From positions 1 to 53,783 of the forward strand of contig CAYOHS010000001.1 in assembly GCA_964403865.1 (NCBI GenBank): 53,783 nt of DNA, given 5' to 3'. Source of the DNA: an uncultured Candidatus Saccharibacteria bacterium. GTDB lineage: Bacteria; Patescibacteriota; Minisyncoccia; Phycocordibacterales; UBA2100. Positions within the stretch are counted from its first letter, which is position 1. The number at the start of each line of letters is the position of its first letter. Shown in pieces: positions 34,113 to 42,936 of the stretch. Position numbers and translations under genes: made by a program. The notes below the pieces were generated by a model. The model ran no database searches. It saw nothing but the letters and a program-made list of their open reading frames with translations, and had not been told where the DNA came from.

Positions 34113-35669
34113 ATGGCCGGTATCTATAAGAAAGCAGGTGCGCTCGTGATCGCAGTGGTCACCTTCGGCATGGCAGGTCTCGCTTCGGCGCAGACGTTTT
34201 ACTACTCGTCGCCGTCCTATTCGACACCTTCGTACGGCTCCTCGTACTCCATGTACGATCAGGCCGCCTACACGGGTGCTTGCACTGGCATCACACGCGA
34301 TCTCTCCCTCGGGATGAGCGGCTCTGATGTCACGTCGCTCCAGCAATTTCTCGTCAGTCGCCACTACCCGGGCGGCGGCAACTGGATGGTCACCGGCTAC
34401 TTCGGCAAGGCGACCGCTGCTGCCGTACGCAACTTCCAGGGCGCGCAGGGACTCTCGGCCACCGGCTACGTCGACGGCCCGACGCGTCTTGCGTTGGACC
34501 GCGTTTCTTGCGGAGGGTCCTCATATGTGACGCCGTCGTACGACTACTCGTATGTCGCTCCCACGTACACGACCCCGTCGTACACCGCGCCGACCTACAC
34601 CTACCCGTATACGCAGCCGAGCTACGTACAGCCGACCTACACGTACCCGCAGTATGGATACGGCACGGGATGTGATGGTGTTCAGGGTTCGTACTACTAC
34701 GGCTACAGCGGCATCGGGACCTACTACCCGAACTGCAACTACTACGACCGCAATCAGTACACGACCCCGACTATCACTACACTGACTCCACAATCGGCCG
34801 CGGTCGGTGCCAGCGTCACTGTCATCGGCAACGGATTCTCCACGACCGGTAACACCGTGCACTTCGGCAACGGCGTCATCACGAACCTCAGTTCCTCCGA
34901 CGGTCGCTCGCTCTCCTTCACGCTTCCGACGCAGCTCACGGGCTACGGCTCGCAGCAGGTCGGCCTCGGCACGTACTACGTGTCGGTGACCAACTCCAGC
35001 GGCTACACGAGCAACACGCTCCCGTTCACCGTGACCTCGCTCGGCTCGTATGGCGCCCCGGTGATCACCAACGTCTCCGGCCCCACGAACCTCGGTCTCA
35101 ACACGCAGGGCGTGTGGAGCCTGACCGTCAACAATCAGAGCGGCTCGTATCTCACCGCATCGGTGCAGTGGGGTGATCCGCAGAACTATGCGTACGCGCA
35201 GGCGTCGCAGCAGAACATCGCGACCGGTCTACAGACCATCACGTTTACGCATTCGTACTTGCAGTCAGGCACGTTCACCATCGTGTTCACCGTGACCAAC
35301 AGTGCTGGGCTCTCCAACACCTCGTCGATCACGGTCAATGTGTCCAACACGGGCTCGACCGGCTCACTCTCGATAGCGAGCATCACGCCGGTGCGGGGTG
35401 TCGCAGGTACGCAGATCGCCATCCAGGGTTCCGGCTTCTCGACGTACGACAACACCGTGCATTTCGGCAACGGTGGCACGATGCACGTGCCTTCGTACAA
35501 CGGTACGACGATCTACTACACCATCCCGCAGTACCTCTCCCCGTGCGACGTCACGACTGGCACGGTCTGCCCTATGTATCTCCAGTTCGTCACGCCGGGT
35601 GTCTATCCGGTATCGGTACAGAACGGTAGCGGCACGAGCAACACGGTGAACTTCACGGTCATCCAATAG
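34113..35669 (+). CDS. Secreted protein with an N-terminal peptidoglycan-binding domain, Tyr-rich P(S/T)Y repeats and IPT/TIG- and PKD-like beta-sandwich domains
   Basis: Signal peptide (LVIAVVTFGMAGLASAQT). SDVTSLQQFLVSRHY...AVRNFQGAQGL. TPSYDYSYVAPTYTTPSYTAPTYTYPYTQPSYVQPTYTYPQY. Two copies of I-x-(T/S)-(L/I)-TP...G-x-x-(V/I)-x-(V/I)-x-G-x-GFS...NTVHFGNG. Confidence 0.85.
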   Translation: MAGIYKKAGALVIAVVTFGMAGLASAQTFYYSSPSYSTPSYGSSYSMYDQAAYTGACTGITRDLSLGMSGSDVTSLQQFLVSRHYPGGGNWMVTGYFGKATAAAVRNFQGAQGLSATGYVDGPTRLALDRVSCGGSSYVTPSYDYSYVAPTYTTPSYTAPTYTYPYTQPSYVQPTYTYPQYGYGTGCDGVQGSYYYGYSGIGTYYPNCNYYDRNQYTTPTITTLTPQSAAVGASVTVIGNGFSTTGNTVHFGNGVITNLSSSDGRSLSFTLPTQLTGYGSQQVGLGTYYVSVTNSSGYTSNTLPFTVTSLGSYGAPVITNVSGPTNLGLNTQGVWSLTVNNQSGSYLTASVQWGDPQNYAYAQASQQNIATGLQTITFTHSYLQSGTFTIVFTVTNSAGLSNTSSITVNVSNTGSTGSLSIASITPVRGVAGTQIAIQGSGFSTYDNTVHFGNGGTMHVPSYNGTTIYYTIPQYLSPCDVTTGTVCPMYLQFVTPGVYPVSVQNGSGTSNTVNFTVIQ

Positions 35670-35677
35670 CGAAGACC

Positions 35678-36325
35678 ATGCGTCGGTTCTCGTCTCGTAT
35701 CCCACGCCTCATGATCGCGGCAGCAGGAGCTGTCGCGATCATGCTCGTCGTACCCATCGTGGTGCGCTCGATGGTGCAGCCGCACCTCTTCACCACGAGC
35801 GACGGGATCCGTCCGGCACAAGCTGCGCTCATACTCGGCGCGTCGGTCGTCGCAGGCCAACCGTCTGCGATATTGGCCCAACGTGCGGATACTGCGATAG
35901 CCCTCTATCGCGCGGGCATCGTCAAGAAGTTGCTCGTCACCGGCGATGATGGAGAGCGCTCGTACGATGAAGTGAGCCCCGTCCTGACCTATCTGCTCGA
36001 AAAGGGTATACCGGGACGGGACATATTCCTCGATCACGCGGGCTTCGATACCTATAGCAGCATGTACCGTGCGCGGCACATATTCGGTGCTCGCTCGCTC
36101 GTCATCGTCACGCAAGATTTTCATCTGCCTCGCGCGGTATTTCTGGCGCGCGCGATGGGCATCGACGCAGATGGACTCGTGGCGGGCGATGGGGGAACCG
36201 CGTGGGATTACCTTCGCGAGATACCGGCCACCCTCAAGGCCGTCGCCGATCTCGCATTCCACAGACAGTCCAAATATCTTGGCGCTCCGATGCCGCTCGT
36301 GGGCAAGGGCAATGCGATCCGCTGA
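35678..36325 (+). CDS. SanA/ElyC (DUF218, YdcF-like) membrane-anchored protein
   Basis: N-terminal TM, then ALILGASV, KLLVTGDDG, YDEV, FLDHAGFDTYSS and VIVTQDFHLPRA. Confidence 0.85.
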   Translation: MRRFSSRIPRLMIAAAGAVAIMLVVPIVVRSMVQPHLFTTSDGIRPAQAALILGASVVAGQPSAILAQRADTAIALYRAGIVKKLLVTGDDGERSYDEVSPVLTYLLEKGIPGRDIFLDHAGFDTYSSMYRARHIFGARSLVIVTQDFHLPRAVFLARAMGIDADGLVAGDGGTAWDYLREIPATLKAVADLAFHRQSKYLGAPMPLVGKGNAIR

Positions 36326-36424
36326 AGACGGCTCTGTTGCGGTAAGACGATAGGGTACGACCAATTTTTCTAGCTCGTACACGAGCTTAGAAAAATGAAG
36401 TGCCCTTGTGGTAGACTCTCGTCT

Positions 36425-37627
36425 ATGAGAATCATGAGACGCTACGCCATTGCCGGTGTTTTTATATCCATGTTCTGCGGGTTCGCGCCGCACGCGCATG
36501 CCGCCAGTTTCGAGGTATCTGGATGGATACCCTACTGGCGTTCGGCCACGGGCACTGCTGATGCCTTACAGCACCTCGATTCGTTCACCGAGATAAACCC
36601 GTTTGTCTACACGCTCAAGAGCGATGGCAGCCTCGTCGACAACGGCAAGCTACAAGAAGAGCCCTGGGCGAGTTTCATAGCAACTGCCAAGGCCAAGAAG
36701 ATCCGCATCATCCCGACGGTCATGTCCTCTAACAAGGAGTTCCTCTCTGATGTCCTCAAGACTGCAAAAAAGCGCCAAGCGCTCGAGGATGCGATCGCCG
36801 CCGAAGTGAATGCGAAAGGATTCGACGGTATCGATATCGATTTCGAGAATAAGGGCGCATCGACCAAGCCGTACTTCGCTCTGTTCCTGAAGGGGCTCTA
36901 TCAGCGCATGGGTGATAAGTGGGTCATGTGCACCATCGAGGCGCGCACCCCGCCGGCTGATGCGTTCGCCAAGATCCCTAAGACGCTCGAATATGCGAAC
37001 GATTTCGCCGCTATCAATAAATACTGCGACCGCGTGCGATTCATGACCTACGATCAACGCACGGCAGACCTCACCCTCAATAAGGCCAACCAGGCCGTGC
37101 TCTATGCGCCGATAGCTGATCCGAAATGGGTCGAGAAATCGATCCGCCTCGCTATGAAGCAGATCAAGCCGAGCAAGATACAGATCGGTATCGCGACCTA
37201 TGGGTATGAATACCGCGTCGGAGGAGCTGTCGGCGATTACGACTACTCCATCCTCTGGTCATTCAATCCGCGCTACGCATCGCAGATCGGGAGCCTCTAT
37301 GGCATCGGTGCAGCGCGCAACAGCGCTGGTGAGATGGGTCTGGCGTACGTACCGACATCGACACAGATGCTCATCGGTACGGATACATTCGCGGCGGACC
37401 CGGTGCCGGACGAGACCGGTTCGGCGGTCGGTGGCATACCGACGGCTTCCTCGGAGAACACATTACAGACGGCGTTCAGATACCTCGTCTGGAGCGATGC
37501 GCAAGCCATCCAGGACAAAGTATCCCTCGCCAAGCGTTTGGGTGTACGAGGCGTATCGATATTCAAGATCGACGGAGGAGAAGACCCCGGGTTGTGGACG
37601 GTACTCGACGGACTCGCGCGCAAGTAA
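36425..37627 (+). CDS. Secreted glycoside hydrolase family 18-like protein
   Basis: GH18 catalytic motif FDGIDIDFE. Signal peptide MRIMRRYAIAGVFISMFCGFAPHAHA from the ATG at 36425, which lies 7 nt after TAGACT (36412-36417). The ORF track start at 36395 is an alternative. Confidence 0.85.
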   Translation: MRIMRRYAIAGVFISMFCGFAPHAHAASFEVSGWIPYWRSATGTADALQHLDSFTEINPFVYTLKSDGSLVDNGKLQEEPWASFIATAKAKKIRIIPTVMSSNKEFLSDVLKTAKKRQALEDAIAAEVNAKGFDGIDIDFENKGASTKPYFALFLKGLYQRMGDKWVMCTIEARTPPADAFAKIPKTLEYANDFAAINKYCDRVRFMTYDQRTADLTLNKANQAVLYAPIADPKWVEKSIRLAMKQIKPSKIQIGIATYGYEYRVGGAVGDYDYSILWSFNPRYASQIGSLYGIGAARNSAGEMGLAYVPTSTQMLIGTDTFAADPVPDETGSAVGGIPTASSENTLQTAFRYLVWSDAQAIQDKVSLAKRLGVRGVSIFKIDGGEDPGLWTVLDGLARK

Positions 37628-37632
37628 CTCTC

Positions 37633-37824
37633 TCAGAACCAGACGAACCCATGGACGGCGAAGACTGCCACGATGATAAGCAGTGCGGCGTGTAAGACGG
37701 AGAGCATAGGATTGCCGTGCTCATAGGCCTTCGCAAGATTGGCGTGAATCGCGCCGGCGAGGCTCGCCGCGAAGAGCGTACCCACTACCGTCCCGAGCGG
37801 GAGCACCAGCCAGAGCAGTGACAT
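37633..37824 (-). CDS. Small two-TM membrane protein (63 aa)
   Basis: Two clear hydrophobic helices. A minus-strand TATAGT (37832-37837) lies 7 nt upstream of the ATG. Confidence 0.55.
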   Translation of the reverse strand: MSLLWLVLPLGTVVGTLFAASLAGAIHANLAKAYEHGNPMLSVLHAALLIIVAVFAVHGFVWF

Positions 37825-37917
37825 GTCCGCTACTATACCACTGTGGCCTCTGGCCGCCGCTAGTGGGGCTGACGGACGCCATGGTACAATCCGGGCATTA
37901 TCGTATCTTCAGTCGCT

Positions 37918-38652
37918 ATGTCTGAATCAACCACAAAAGATTACTCAGCCCTGTACCTCCCCGGTGCCATCGTGCTCGCGGGCGCGCTCGTGGCCGTGGG
38001 CCTCTTCTTCGGCCTATCTCATGGCACGAACGGTGCCACGGCAGGAGGTCAGCCAGCTCCGAAGGATGTGAACGTCAAAGACGTGAAGATCGATGGTGCT
38101 CCATTCATCGGCAAGGCAGACGCGCCGCTCACGATGGCCTTCTGGTCGGACTACCAGTGTCCGTTCTGCAAGGCGGTAGAGGTCGGTGGCGTCCAGGGTA
38201 TCCCGACCGCCCCGTCGATACCCGACATCGTGGCCAAGTACGTCGATACGGGCAAGCTCCGCATCGTCTTCAAGAACTTTGCGTTCCTCGGGCAGGACTC
38301 GGTCACCGCAGCAGAATACGAGAAGGCTGTCTGGGCCCTCTACCCGGATAAGTACTTTGCATGGCGCACCGCGATGTACAAGGCGCAGGATGAGGAGGGC
38401 GATCAGGGCTTCGGTGATGCCGCATCCATCGATGCGCTCAACAAGAAGATCGGCGGTATCGATGCCGCGAAGGTGAAAGCGCTCGTCGCGCAGAAGAAAG
38501 CTCAGTACGACGCAGAGATCCAGGCCGAGACCGCAGAAGGACAGAAGTTCGGCATCCAGGGTACGCCGGGTTTCATCATCGGCACGAAGGCTATCGATGG
38601 CGCACAGCCACTTTCCTCGTTCACCACGGCGATCGATGCACAGTTGAAGTAG
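37918..38652 (+). CDS. Membrane-anchored DsbA-family thiol:disulfide oxidoreductase (BdbD-like)
   Basis: N-terminal TM, then FWSDYQCPFCKAVE and a C-terminal GTPGFIIG block. Confidence 0.85.
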   Translation: MSESTTKDYSALYLPGAIVLAGALVAVGLFFGLSHGTNGATAGGQPAPKDVNVKDVKIDGAPFIGKADAPLTMAFWSDYQCPFCKAVEVGGVQGIPTAPSIPDIVAKYVDTGKLRIVFKNFAFLGQDSVTAAEYEKAVWALYPDKYFAWRTAMYKAQDEEGDQGFGDAASIDALNKKIGGIDAAKVKALVAQKKAQYDAEIQAETAEGQKFGIQGTPGFIIGTKAIDGAQPLSSFTTAIDAQLK

Positions 38653-38654
38653 AG

Positions 38655-38760
38655 CTTCGCTCGGACATCATGCAAAGAAGGCACGCGTCCCGCCCTCCTG
38701 GGCGGGCGCTCCTCTCGGCCCGAGGCCTGCGAGCAGGCCTCTTTGCATGATGTCCTCGCT
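38655..38760. repeat. Nested inverted-repeat element: 16-bp perfect outer arms GGACATCATGCAAAGA / TCTTTGCATGATGTCC enclosing two inner GC hairpins
   Basis: Outer arms at 38663-38678 and 38740-38755. Inner hairpins are CCCGCCC-tcct-GGGCGGG (38689-38706) and GGCC-cga-GGCC (38717-38727). It lies immediately after the DsbA-like gene's stop codon. Confidence 0.6.
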
Positions 38761-38824
38761 TCGTTTGAAAAATGGGCGGTATTCACGTGTGTCTCATGAA
38801 AGCGGCGCATACTGACGTGCCGCT

Positions 38825-39373
38825 ATGTACAAGACACTCCTCTCAGCAGCGTTCCTCGGACTCACTGGCGTGGGAGGCGTATATGCGGACATCTCCACCG
38901 TCTTCTCGCGGGTCTCGCAGGCCGCATATCCGTGCAAGCACACTATCATCTATTCCGTAGCGACCGACACTGCAGATCCAAATCGCGGCTCTGCGCTCGC
39001 CGCTGTGTCCGATGCGGCAGCGTGGTGGGATAGGGCGGCAGGACGAGTGTTGTTCGCGTATGGCACATCGGGTCCCGATCTGATCATCACGATTGCGGCG
39101 ACATCGAGCGATCCCTTGTGGTACGAAGCGGGTGGCACGTACGCATCATACGAATCGTCGCTCTCTGGCCAAGAGATAGCCATCGCACACCTGCACGATA
39201 GGATGCAATTCCGACACCTGTTGGCGCACGAACTCGGCCATGCGCTCGGACTGGCTGACAGCACGTCGACCGACTCCCTCATGCTGCTCAATGGGACATC
39301 GACGACCCCCAGTCGTGAAGACGCTCAAGCGATCCAGGCTCTCTGCGGCGAAAATCACGCTGTGATACAGTAG
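38825..39373 (+). CDS. Small secreted zinc metalloprotease, snapalysin-like (HEXXHXXGXXD)
   Basis: Signal peptide, then HLLAHELGHALGLADSTSTDSLM (His-His-Asp zinc motif plus a Met-turn-like SLM). Confidence 0.8.
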   Translation: MYKTLLSAAFLGLTGVGGVYADISTVFSRVSQAAYPCKHTIIYSVATDTADPNRGSALAAVSDAAAWWDRAAGRVLFAYGTSGPDLIITIAATSSDPLWYEAGGTYASYESSLSGQEIAIAHLHDRMQFRHLLAHELGHALGLADSTSTDSLMLLNGTSTTPSREDAQAIQALCGENHAVIQ

Positions 39374-39377
39374 CGGT

Positions 39378-41201
39378 ATGTGTGGCATCTTCGGATACAC
39401 GGGCAAAAAAGATGATGCGCAACAGGTGCTCCTGGAGGGACTTTCGACGCTCGAATACCGTGGCTACGATTCGGCGGGCATATTCATCCCTGGTTCCGGT
39501 GCGGTGCGCGCAAAAGGCGCAGTTGCTGAACTACGAAAGCGCATAACGCGGGATATGCCGGGAGCGAGCGGTATCGCGCACCTGCGCTGGGCGACCCACG
39601 GCGAGCCGTCCGAAAAGAACGCGCATCCGCACAAGGATTGCACAGGCGATGTCTGGGTCGCACACAACGGTATCATCGAGAACTATCGTGAGCTCAAAGA
39701 GCGGCTTGTGGCGCGCGGGCATACATTTGCTTCTGATACGGATACAGAGGTGCTCGCTCATCTTGTGGAAGAACACCTGAAGACCGAAAAGGATTTTGAG
39801 AAGGCTGTGTTTGCCGCGTTGCGCGATGTGCGCGGCACGTACGGGATCGCCCTGCAGTACGATGCGCAGCCGGAGCTTATCATCGGAGCGCGAATGGGAG
39901 CGCCGGTCGTCGTGGGCCTCGGTGAGGGTTCCCGCTTCATCGCATCAGACGCCTCGCCGATCGTACGACACACCAAAGAGGTGGTCTTCCTCGAGGATGG
40001 CGACATAGCCATATTGCGACCAGATTCGCACGAGATCAGGCGCCTCGATGCGAGCCGCGTAGAACGCGAGAGTCAGACGGTAGACTGGGATGCCGCAGAG
40101 GCGCAGAAGGAGGGATATCCGCACTTCATGCTCAAAGAGATCATGGAAGGACCGGAGGTGATCGAGAACACGACGCGCGGACGATTGCTCGTGGACGATG
40201 GTCGGGCGAAGCTCGGCGGGCTCGAGAGTGTCGCCCAGAAGCTCGAATCGATCGATCGCATCATCATCGTCGGCTGTGGCACGGCATACTATGCGGGGCT
40301 CGTCGGCGAATACATGCTCGAAGCCGAGGCCGGTATCCCCGTTGAGGTGGAACTCGGGAGTGAATTCCGCTATCGCAATCCGGTCATCAATGCCAATACC
40401 GCCATCCTGGCCATCACGCAATCGGGAGAGACCGCAGATACGCTCGAAGCGATCCGAGAAGGGAAGCGACATGGTGCGCTTACGCTCGGTATCGTCAATA
40501 CGGTCGGTTCGACGATCGCGCGCGAGACCGACGCGGGCGTCTACAATCATGCAGGCCCGGAAATCGGTGTCGCATCGACCAAGGCTCTCGTCTCGCAGAT
40601 CACAGCACTCGCGCTCTTTACGCTCTTCATGGCGCGGACGCGTCGCATGAGTCGCGAACGCGGGCGTGAGATCGCGAGAGAGATCCAGGCGTTGCCGCGG
40701 AAGATATCGTCGATACTCGCGAAAGCGGATGAGCTCAAGGCATTGGCCGAGAAATATAAAGACGCACGTGATTTCCTCTACATGGCCCGTTCGTACAATT
40801 ATCCGATCGCGTTTGAGGGCGCGCTCAAGCTCAAGGAATGCTCGTATGTGCACGCCGAGGGGTGTGGTGCCGGTGAGATGAAGCACGGTCCTCTGGCGAT
40901 GATCGACGACAGGTTCCCGACGGTCGCTATCGCGCCGCAAGACGGTGTGTATGAGAAGATGCTCTCGAACATCCAGGAGATAAAGGCACGTCGAGGCCCC
41001 GTCATCGCGCTTGCGACAGAAGGGGACACCAAGATCGCATCGCTCGCCGACGACGTCTTCTACATACCGCCGACCATCCCCATGCTCGAGCCGATACTCA
41101 CGGTGGTCCCGCTCCAGCTCTTCGCGTACTATTTCGCGACTGCAAAAGGACTCGATGTTGATAGGCCGCGTAATCTCGCCAAGAGCGTGACGGTGGAGTA
41201 G
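39378..41201 (+). CDS. glmS: Glutamine--fructose-6-phosphate aminotransferase (isomerizing)
   Basis: MCGIFGY N-terminal nucleophile, two SIS domains (GCGTAYYAG and SQSGETADT) and a C-terminal LAKSVTVE. Confidence 0.97.
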   Translation: MCGIFGYTGKKDDAQQVLLEGLSTLEYRGYDSAGIFIPGSGAVRAKGAVAELRKRITRDMPGASGIAHLRWATHGEPSEKNAHPHKDCTGDVWVAHNGIIENYRELKERLVARGHTFASDTDTEVLAHLVEEHLKTEKDFEKAVFAALRDVRGTYGIALQYDAQPELIIGARMGAPVVVGLGEGSRFIASDASPIVRHTKEVVFLEDGDIAILRPDSHEIRRLDASRVERESQTVDWDAAEAQKEGYPHFMLKEIMEGPEVIENTTRGRLLVDDGRAKLGGLESVAQKLESIDRIIIVGCGTAYYAGLVGEYMLEAEAGIPVEVELGSEFRYRNPVINANTAILAITQSGETADTLEAIREGKRHGALTLGIVNTVGSTIARETDAGVYNHAGPEIGVASTKALVSQITALALFTLFMARTRRMSRERGREIAREIQALPRKISSILAKADELKALAEKYKDARDFLYMARSYNYPIAFEGALKLKECSYVHAEGCGAGEMKHGPLAMIDDRFPTVAIAPQDGVYEKMLSNIQEIKARRGPVIALATEGDTKIASLADDVFYIPPTIPMLEPILTVVPLQLFAYYFATAKGLDVDRPRNLAKSVTVE

Positions 41202-41210
41202 GTATAAGAA

Positions 41211-41230
41211 GAGCCCGACGAATCGGGCTC
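41211..41230. terminator. Hairpin GAGCCCGA-cgaa-TCGGGCTC between convergent glmS and the metK-side transcription unit
   Basis: 8-bp GC-rich stem located 10 nt after the glmS stop codon and 26 nt after the minus-strand ORF's stop codon. Confidence 0.5.
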
Positions 41231-41255
41231 AACTCGGTTGTGCTGACTTACCGCG

Positions 41256-41630
41256 TCAAAACGAATACATTTTTGACAAATAGTCAACGCATGTCTGTGC
41301 GGCCGATCTGGTTTTGAAACGGAACAGACACTCGGTCCGATCATTGCATTTGCTGCATAATTCGAACCGTCCGGATTTTTTTGCAACAGTGAATACCTTC
41401 TCGGAGAGACATCGGTTTCGTCGTTCACTCCACATACGATTGAACATGCTCGCCAGAACTACGCATTCGGAATCCGTGCCGTAGACGAGTACGATATCGG
41501 AATTCCCCAGCTTATACGGAGGGGCCGTGTGGTTGGTCATAGCCCGAACACAGGCATGAGTTCCGTACCGTGAGTGATAGAAGGCCTTTCTCAGCATCCC
41601 GAACAGAAGGAGGGCTTCTTCTTTGGTCAT
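41256..41630 (-). CDS. Hypothetical Cys-rich 124-aa protein in a visibly A/T-richer patch
   Basis: The ATG is preceded by GAGGTG with a 4-nt spacer. There are 8 Cys, including CSKCNDRTEC. It lies 61 nt downstream of metK on the same strand, with no obvious intervening terminator. Confidence 0.6.
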   Translation of the reverse strand: MTKEEALLLFGMLRKAFYHSRYGTHACVRAMTNHTAPPYKLGNSDIVLVYGTDSECVVLASMFNRMWSERRNRCLSEKVFTVAKKSGRFELCSKCNDRTECLFRFKTRSAAQTCVDYLSKMYSF

Positions 41631-41691
41631 CTGACACCTCGTTTTTCAAACTATCGGGACAATACGCTATGGCGCTCCAGGGTGCAAGTGT

Positions 41692-42762
41692 CTAGATCTT
41701 GACGATCTTCTCCCACGGGCGTCCGTCGACGCCGAAGTGGCCGTAGGCCGCGGTGGCGCGGAAGATCGGCTTGCGCAGCTCCAAGCGTTCGATGATGGCT
41801 GCCGGGCGGAAGTCGAAGTGCTTGTTGACGATCTCGGTGAGATCCTTGCCCTTCTGACCGCCGTCCATGTCGAAGGCCTCGACCATCACGGGGTCGACCC
41901 GACCGATGGCGTAGGCCACCGTCACGAGTGCCTTCTTGGCGTAGCCATTAGCCACGAGGTTCTTGGCGACGAAGCGGCACATGTAGGCCGCCGAGCGATC
42001 CACCTTGGTCGCGTCCTTGCCCGAGAAGGCGCCGCCACCGTGCGGCATGAGGCCGCCGTAGGTGTCGACCATGATCTTGCGGCCGGTGAGGCCCGCATCA
42101 GCCTCGAATCCGCCCTGCACGAAGCGTCCGGTCGGGTTTACGAGGATCTCGATGTCGTCGTTCCAGTGTTTGCCCAAGGTCGGCTTGAAGAGGTCCTTGA
42201 TGAGCGCGGCGCGGATATCTTCCTGCTTGGTCTTCTCGGCATGCTGGGTGGAGCAGAGCGCGGTGACGACCTTGCCGTCGACGATGGTGACCTGCGTCTT
42301 GCCGTCAGGCCTGAGCCAGGTGTGCTTCTTCTCGGTGCGAAGCTTCTCGAGATTGCGGGCGAGACCGTGTGCCAAGACGACACCGAGCGGGAGCATCTCC
42401 TTTGTCTCGTCGGTCGCGTAACCGTACATGATGCCCTGATCGCCGGCTCCGCCGGTGTCGACGCCCATCGCGATGTCGTTGGACTGCTTGGCGACGGCCA
42501 TCTTGACCTTGAGCTCATCCTTGTAGCCGATGTCCTTGTAGACCTTGAGCGCGATCTTCTTCATGTCGAGCTTGGTGTTGGTCTTGATCTCGCCGCCGAT
42601 CATCAAGGTGCCATGGCTGCCGAAGGTCTCGATAGCGACACGGCTCATCGGGTCGCCTTTGAGTGCGGCGTCGAGGATGGCGTCGGACATCTGATCACAG
42701 ACCTTGTCCGGGTGACCGGAGGTCACGGACTCTGTCGTATAACGCGTAAGCTGATGGAACAT
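41692..42762 (-). CDS. metK: S-adenosylmethionine synthetase (short form, 356 aa)
   Basis: [55 protein letters not shown] and a C-terminal TAAYGHFG. Confidence 0.95.
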   Translation of the reverse strand: [356 protein letters not shown]

Positions 42763-42783
42763 GATATGGGTGTTAACCCTGAT

Positions 42784-42920
42784 AAAAAACGCTCCCCCTA
42801 CGGGGGAGAACTTTTTTGGAAAGTATCGTCCCTGCTAAGGGTTCGGAGGAAGCACCGGGTCTTGCGACTGGTTGCTGGCGGTTCATCGAGCCGAATCTCT
42901 CACCGCACTCTGGATACGTA
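42784..42920 (-). promoter_or_regulatory. SAM-I riboswitch (aptamer ~42823-42918) with an intrinsic terminator (stem 42792-42808, U-tract 42784-42789)
   Basis: The minus strand reads GUAUC-CAGAG-UGCGGUGAGAGAUUCGGCUCGAUGAACCGCC-AGCAACC-AGUCGCAAGACCCGGUGCU-UCCUCC-GAA-CCCUUAGCAGGG-AC-GAUAC. This matches the SAM-I blocks (AUC-AGAG, GGC-CGAUGAA, GCAACC, GGUGC, UCC) and has a closing P1 helix. It is followed by CUCCCCC-gua-GGGGGAG-CG-UUUUUU. Confidence 0.8.
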
Positions 42921-42936
42921 TGGGGCGTGTGGGGAT

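Noticed and set aside
39374-39377. glmS ribozyme upstream of glmS
   Set aside because: Only 4 nt separate glmS from the preceding gene, and the -10-like TACAGT sits 6 nt before the ATG. There is no room for the ~170-nt ribozyme.
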